64,000 bases of DNA. Origin: Desulfobacteraceae bacterium (GTDB lineage: Bacteria > Desulfobacterota > Desulfobacteria > Desulfobacterales > Desulfosalsimonadaceae). Shown piece by piece: positions 62,424 to 64,000 of this stretch; the first letter of the stretch is position 1; each line of letters begins with the position of its first letter. Location of the stretch: NCBI GenBank assembly GCA_021737545.1, contig JAIPDT010000001.1:7093-71092 (forward strand). Direction: 5' to 3'. Below the pieces are notes generated by a model. That model was not told the DNA's origin, did not search any database, and was given only the letters and a program-made list of their open reading frames with translations. Position numbers and translations under genes: made by a program.

Positions 62424-64000
62424 ATGTCCAAGCCGAATATGATATCCGGACTGATCCCGAAAGAGGAACACAAGGATTTCTCGGACTTTATTTATCTGCT
62501 GCGCACCGGCGACAAGAGATACCTGCTGCGAAACGACATCTGGCTTAAATGGCTGGACTGGTGCCGGGAAAACGATAAGGATGAAAAGTTTACAAAAAAT
62601 TCATCCATTGCCCGTTTTCTTTCCAGGGTTCCGGAAATGTTGTTCCCGGACGGCATTGCTCTGATATTGCACCGTTACACCATGGGCCGGTACAGGATTT
62701 ATAGGTTGAGTCCGGACCATCAATACCTGGAAGAAATTTCTGTCAACCGGTATCTGGACTACAAGGACGCCCACGTGCTCGGAAACGGGGCCGGCGCAAA
62801 CCGTGATGCCCTTGAACTAGATTTCATGCCTTTCTATGATTATGCCCCCACCATCAAGAATGTCAGAAACCTGGGCAACGGCATCAGCTACTTAAACAAG
62901 TACATGTCAAGCAGCCTGTTTCACAACCCTGAGCAGTGGGGCAGCAAGCTGTTCGAATTTCTGCGGATTCACAAGATAAACGGCGAGCAGCTTCTTGTTA
63001 ACCCTGATATCCTGAAGGGGGTGGATGATTTTCTGCCCGCGCTGGAGCAGACCATTGACGAGCTGGAGCATCAGGATCCTGATACGGGATATCAACAGCT
63101 AAAATCTGATTTAAAAACCAGGGGATTTGAACCCGGCTGGGGGCATAAAGCCGGCCGTATCCGGGAGACAATGGGAATGCTGCATGCGCTTTTCCACGAG
63201 CCGCGCAGCGCGGATCTGGAAGAATTCATCTCCAGGGTGCCTATGATTTCAAAGGTCGCCATTCTGTCGCCCCACGGATGGTTCGCTCAGGAAAACGTGC
63301 TTGGAAAACCGGATACCGGCGGCCAGGTGATTTATATCCTTGATCAGGTTCGTGCTCTGGAGGATCACCTGAAAAAGGAATTCGAGCTCTCGGGCATTGA
63401 CGTTACTCCCAGGGTGATTGTGTTAACCCGCCTGATACCCAATGCCGGAAACACAACCTGCAATCAGCCCGGGGAAGATATTGTGGGAACTGAGCACGCC
63501 CGGATCCTTCGGATACCGTTTTTCGACAGCCGGGGGCACAAACTTGAAGACTGGGTCTCGCGTTTTAAGATATGGCCCTATTTGAGCCGGTTTGCCTCGG
63601 ACTGCGAACGCGAACTTCTGGCCGAATTTCAGGGGCGGCCCGATTTGATTATCGGCAACTACTCGGACGGCAATCTGGTGGCCACGCTTCTCTCCGACCG
63701 GCTCGACGTTGTGCAGTGTACCATCGCGCACGCGCTTGAGAAGACCAAATATTTGTTCTCGGATTTGTACTGGCAGAACATGGAGCCTGATTATCATTTT
63801 TCCTGCCAGTTTACAGCAGACCTGCTTTCCATGAACAAGTCGGATTTCATCATTACCAGTACATATCAGGAGATTGCAGGCACAGAAACCCGGTTCGGGC
63901 AGTATGAGTCCTACCAGTTCTACACCATGCCCGGACTTTGCCAGGTGGTAAACGGGGTTAACCTGTTTAACCCGAAGTTCAACGTGGTGCCTCCGGGCGT
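62424..64000 (+). CDS. Sucrose synthase (GT4), N-terminal ~525 codons; 3' end beyond the window
   Basis: This is my own translation; the ORF is not in the track because it runs off the edge. ATG at 62424 follows AGGAGGAG. It has LGNGISYLNKYMSS, GKPDTGGQVIYILDQVRALE, GNYSDGNLVA, CTIAHALEKTKY and ITSTYQEIAG, hallmark motifs of sucrose synthase. Confidence 0.85.
   Translation, partial: MSKPNMISGLIPKEEHKDFSDFIYLLRTGDKRYLLRNDIWLKWLDWCRENDKDEKFTKNSSIARFLSRVPEMLFPDGIALILHRYTMGRYRIYRLSPDHQYLEEISVNRYLDYKDAHVLGNGAGANRDALELDFMPFYDYAPTIKNVRNLGNGISYLNKYMSSSLFHNPEQWGSKLFEFLRIHKINGEQLLVNPDILKGVDDFLPALEQTIDELEHQDPDTGYQQLKSDLKTRGFEPGWGHKAGRIRETMGMLHALFHEPRSADLEEFISRVPMISKVAILSPHGWFAQENVLGKPDTGGQVIYILDQVRALEDHLKKEFELSGIDVTPRVIVLTRLIPNAGNTTCNQPGEDIVGTEHARILRIPFFDSRGHKLEDWVSRFKIWPYLSRFASDCERELLAEFQGRPDLIIGNYSDGNLVATLLSDRLDVVQCTIAHALEKTKYLFSDLYWQNMEPDYHFSCQFTADLLSMNKSDFIITSTYQEIAGTETRFGQYESYQFYTMPGLCQVVNGVNLFNPKFNVVPPG

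Overview
Gene-dense chromosomal window of about 50% GC by eye, with about 55 supportable CDS and one tRNA. No rRNA, CRISPR array, integrase or intact IS element was seen. The protein repertoire looks like an anaerobic deltaproteobacterium (Desulfobacterota); that is my impression from the sequences, not a search result.

Layout:
- 1-4493 (-): type IV pilus pilM/N-O-P-Q cluster.
- 4.7-13.3 kb (-): housekeeping genes nadB, SH3 membrane protein, RecD-like helicase, rlpA, lon, hsp20, mipA.
- 13.4-20.9 kb (-): five-gene molybdo/tungsto-enzyme cluster. It has a PsrB-like FeS protein, an NrfD-like membrane anchor, an acetylene-hydratase-family subunit, and a pyrogallol-transhydroxylase-like large/small pair. 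It lies behind an AT-rich control region with repeated palindromes.
- 21.3-29.7 kb: ychF, tatD, an isolated csp gene in a 1.7 kb gene-poor stretch, pncA, thiD, nitroreductase, OYE flavoenzyme, MFS transporter, tRNA-Arg(UCU).
- 29.9-42.2 kb (+): rpoH-like sigma factor, TPR and LolB-like lipoproteins, ATP-grasp, HD/dGTPase-like, lapA-like, mutS, AmiC-type amidase, purB.
- 42.3-52.8 kb (+): the most interesting region, a tightly packed 11-gene operon. It combines an MglA-type Ras-like GTPase, two Roadblock/LC7 proteins, a REC-PATAN regulator, a tandem PATAN-like protein and an output-less Zn-ribbon/HAMP sensor. It also holds two ORFs of no recognisable family, a TPR-fused PilB/GspE-type ATPase, a PilZ protein and a HAMP-adenylate cyclase.
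- 52.8-64 kb: trmI, tyrA, flippase-like membrane protein, REC-GGDEF(degenerate)-EAL, crotonase, ABC-2 exporter, DEAD-box helicase, and a 5'-partial sucrose synthase at the window edge.
- A 158-bp palindromic intergenic element at 58.5 kb has a 60-nt half copy at 62.2 kb.

All domain calls come from reading the translations by eye. No BLAST or HMM search could be run.
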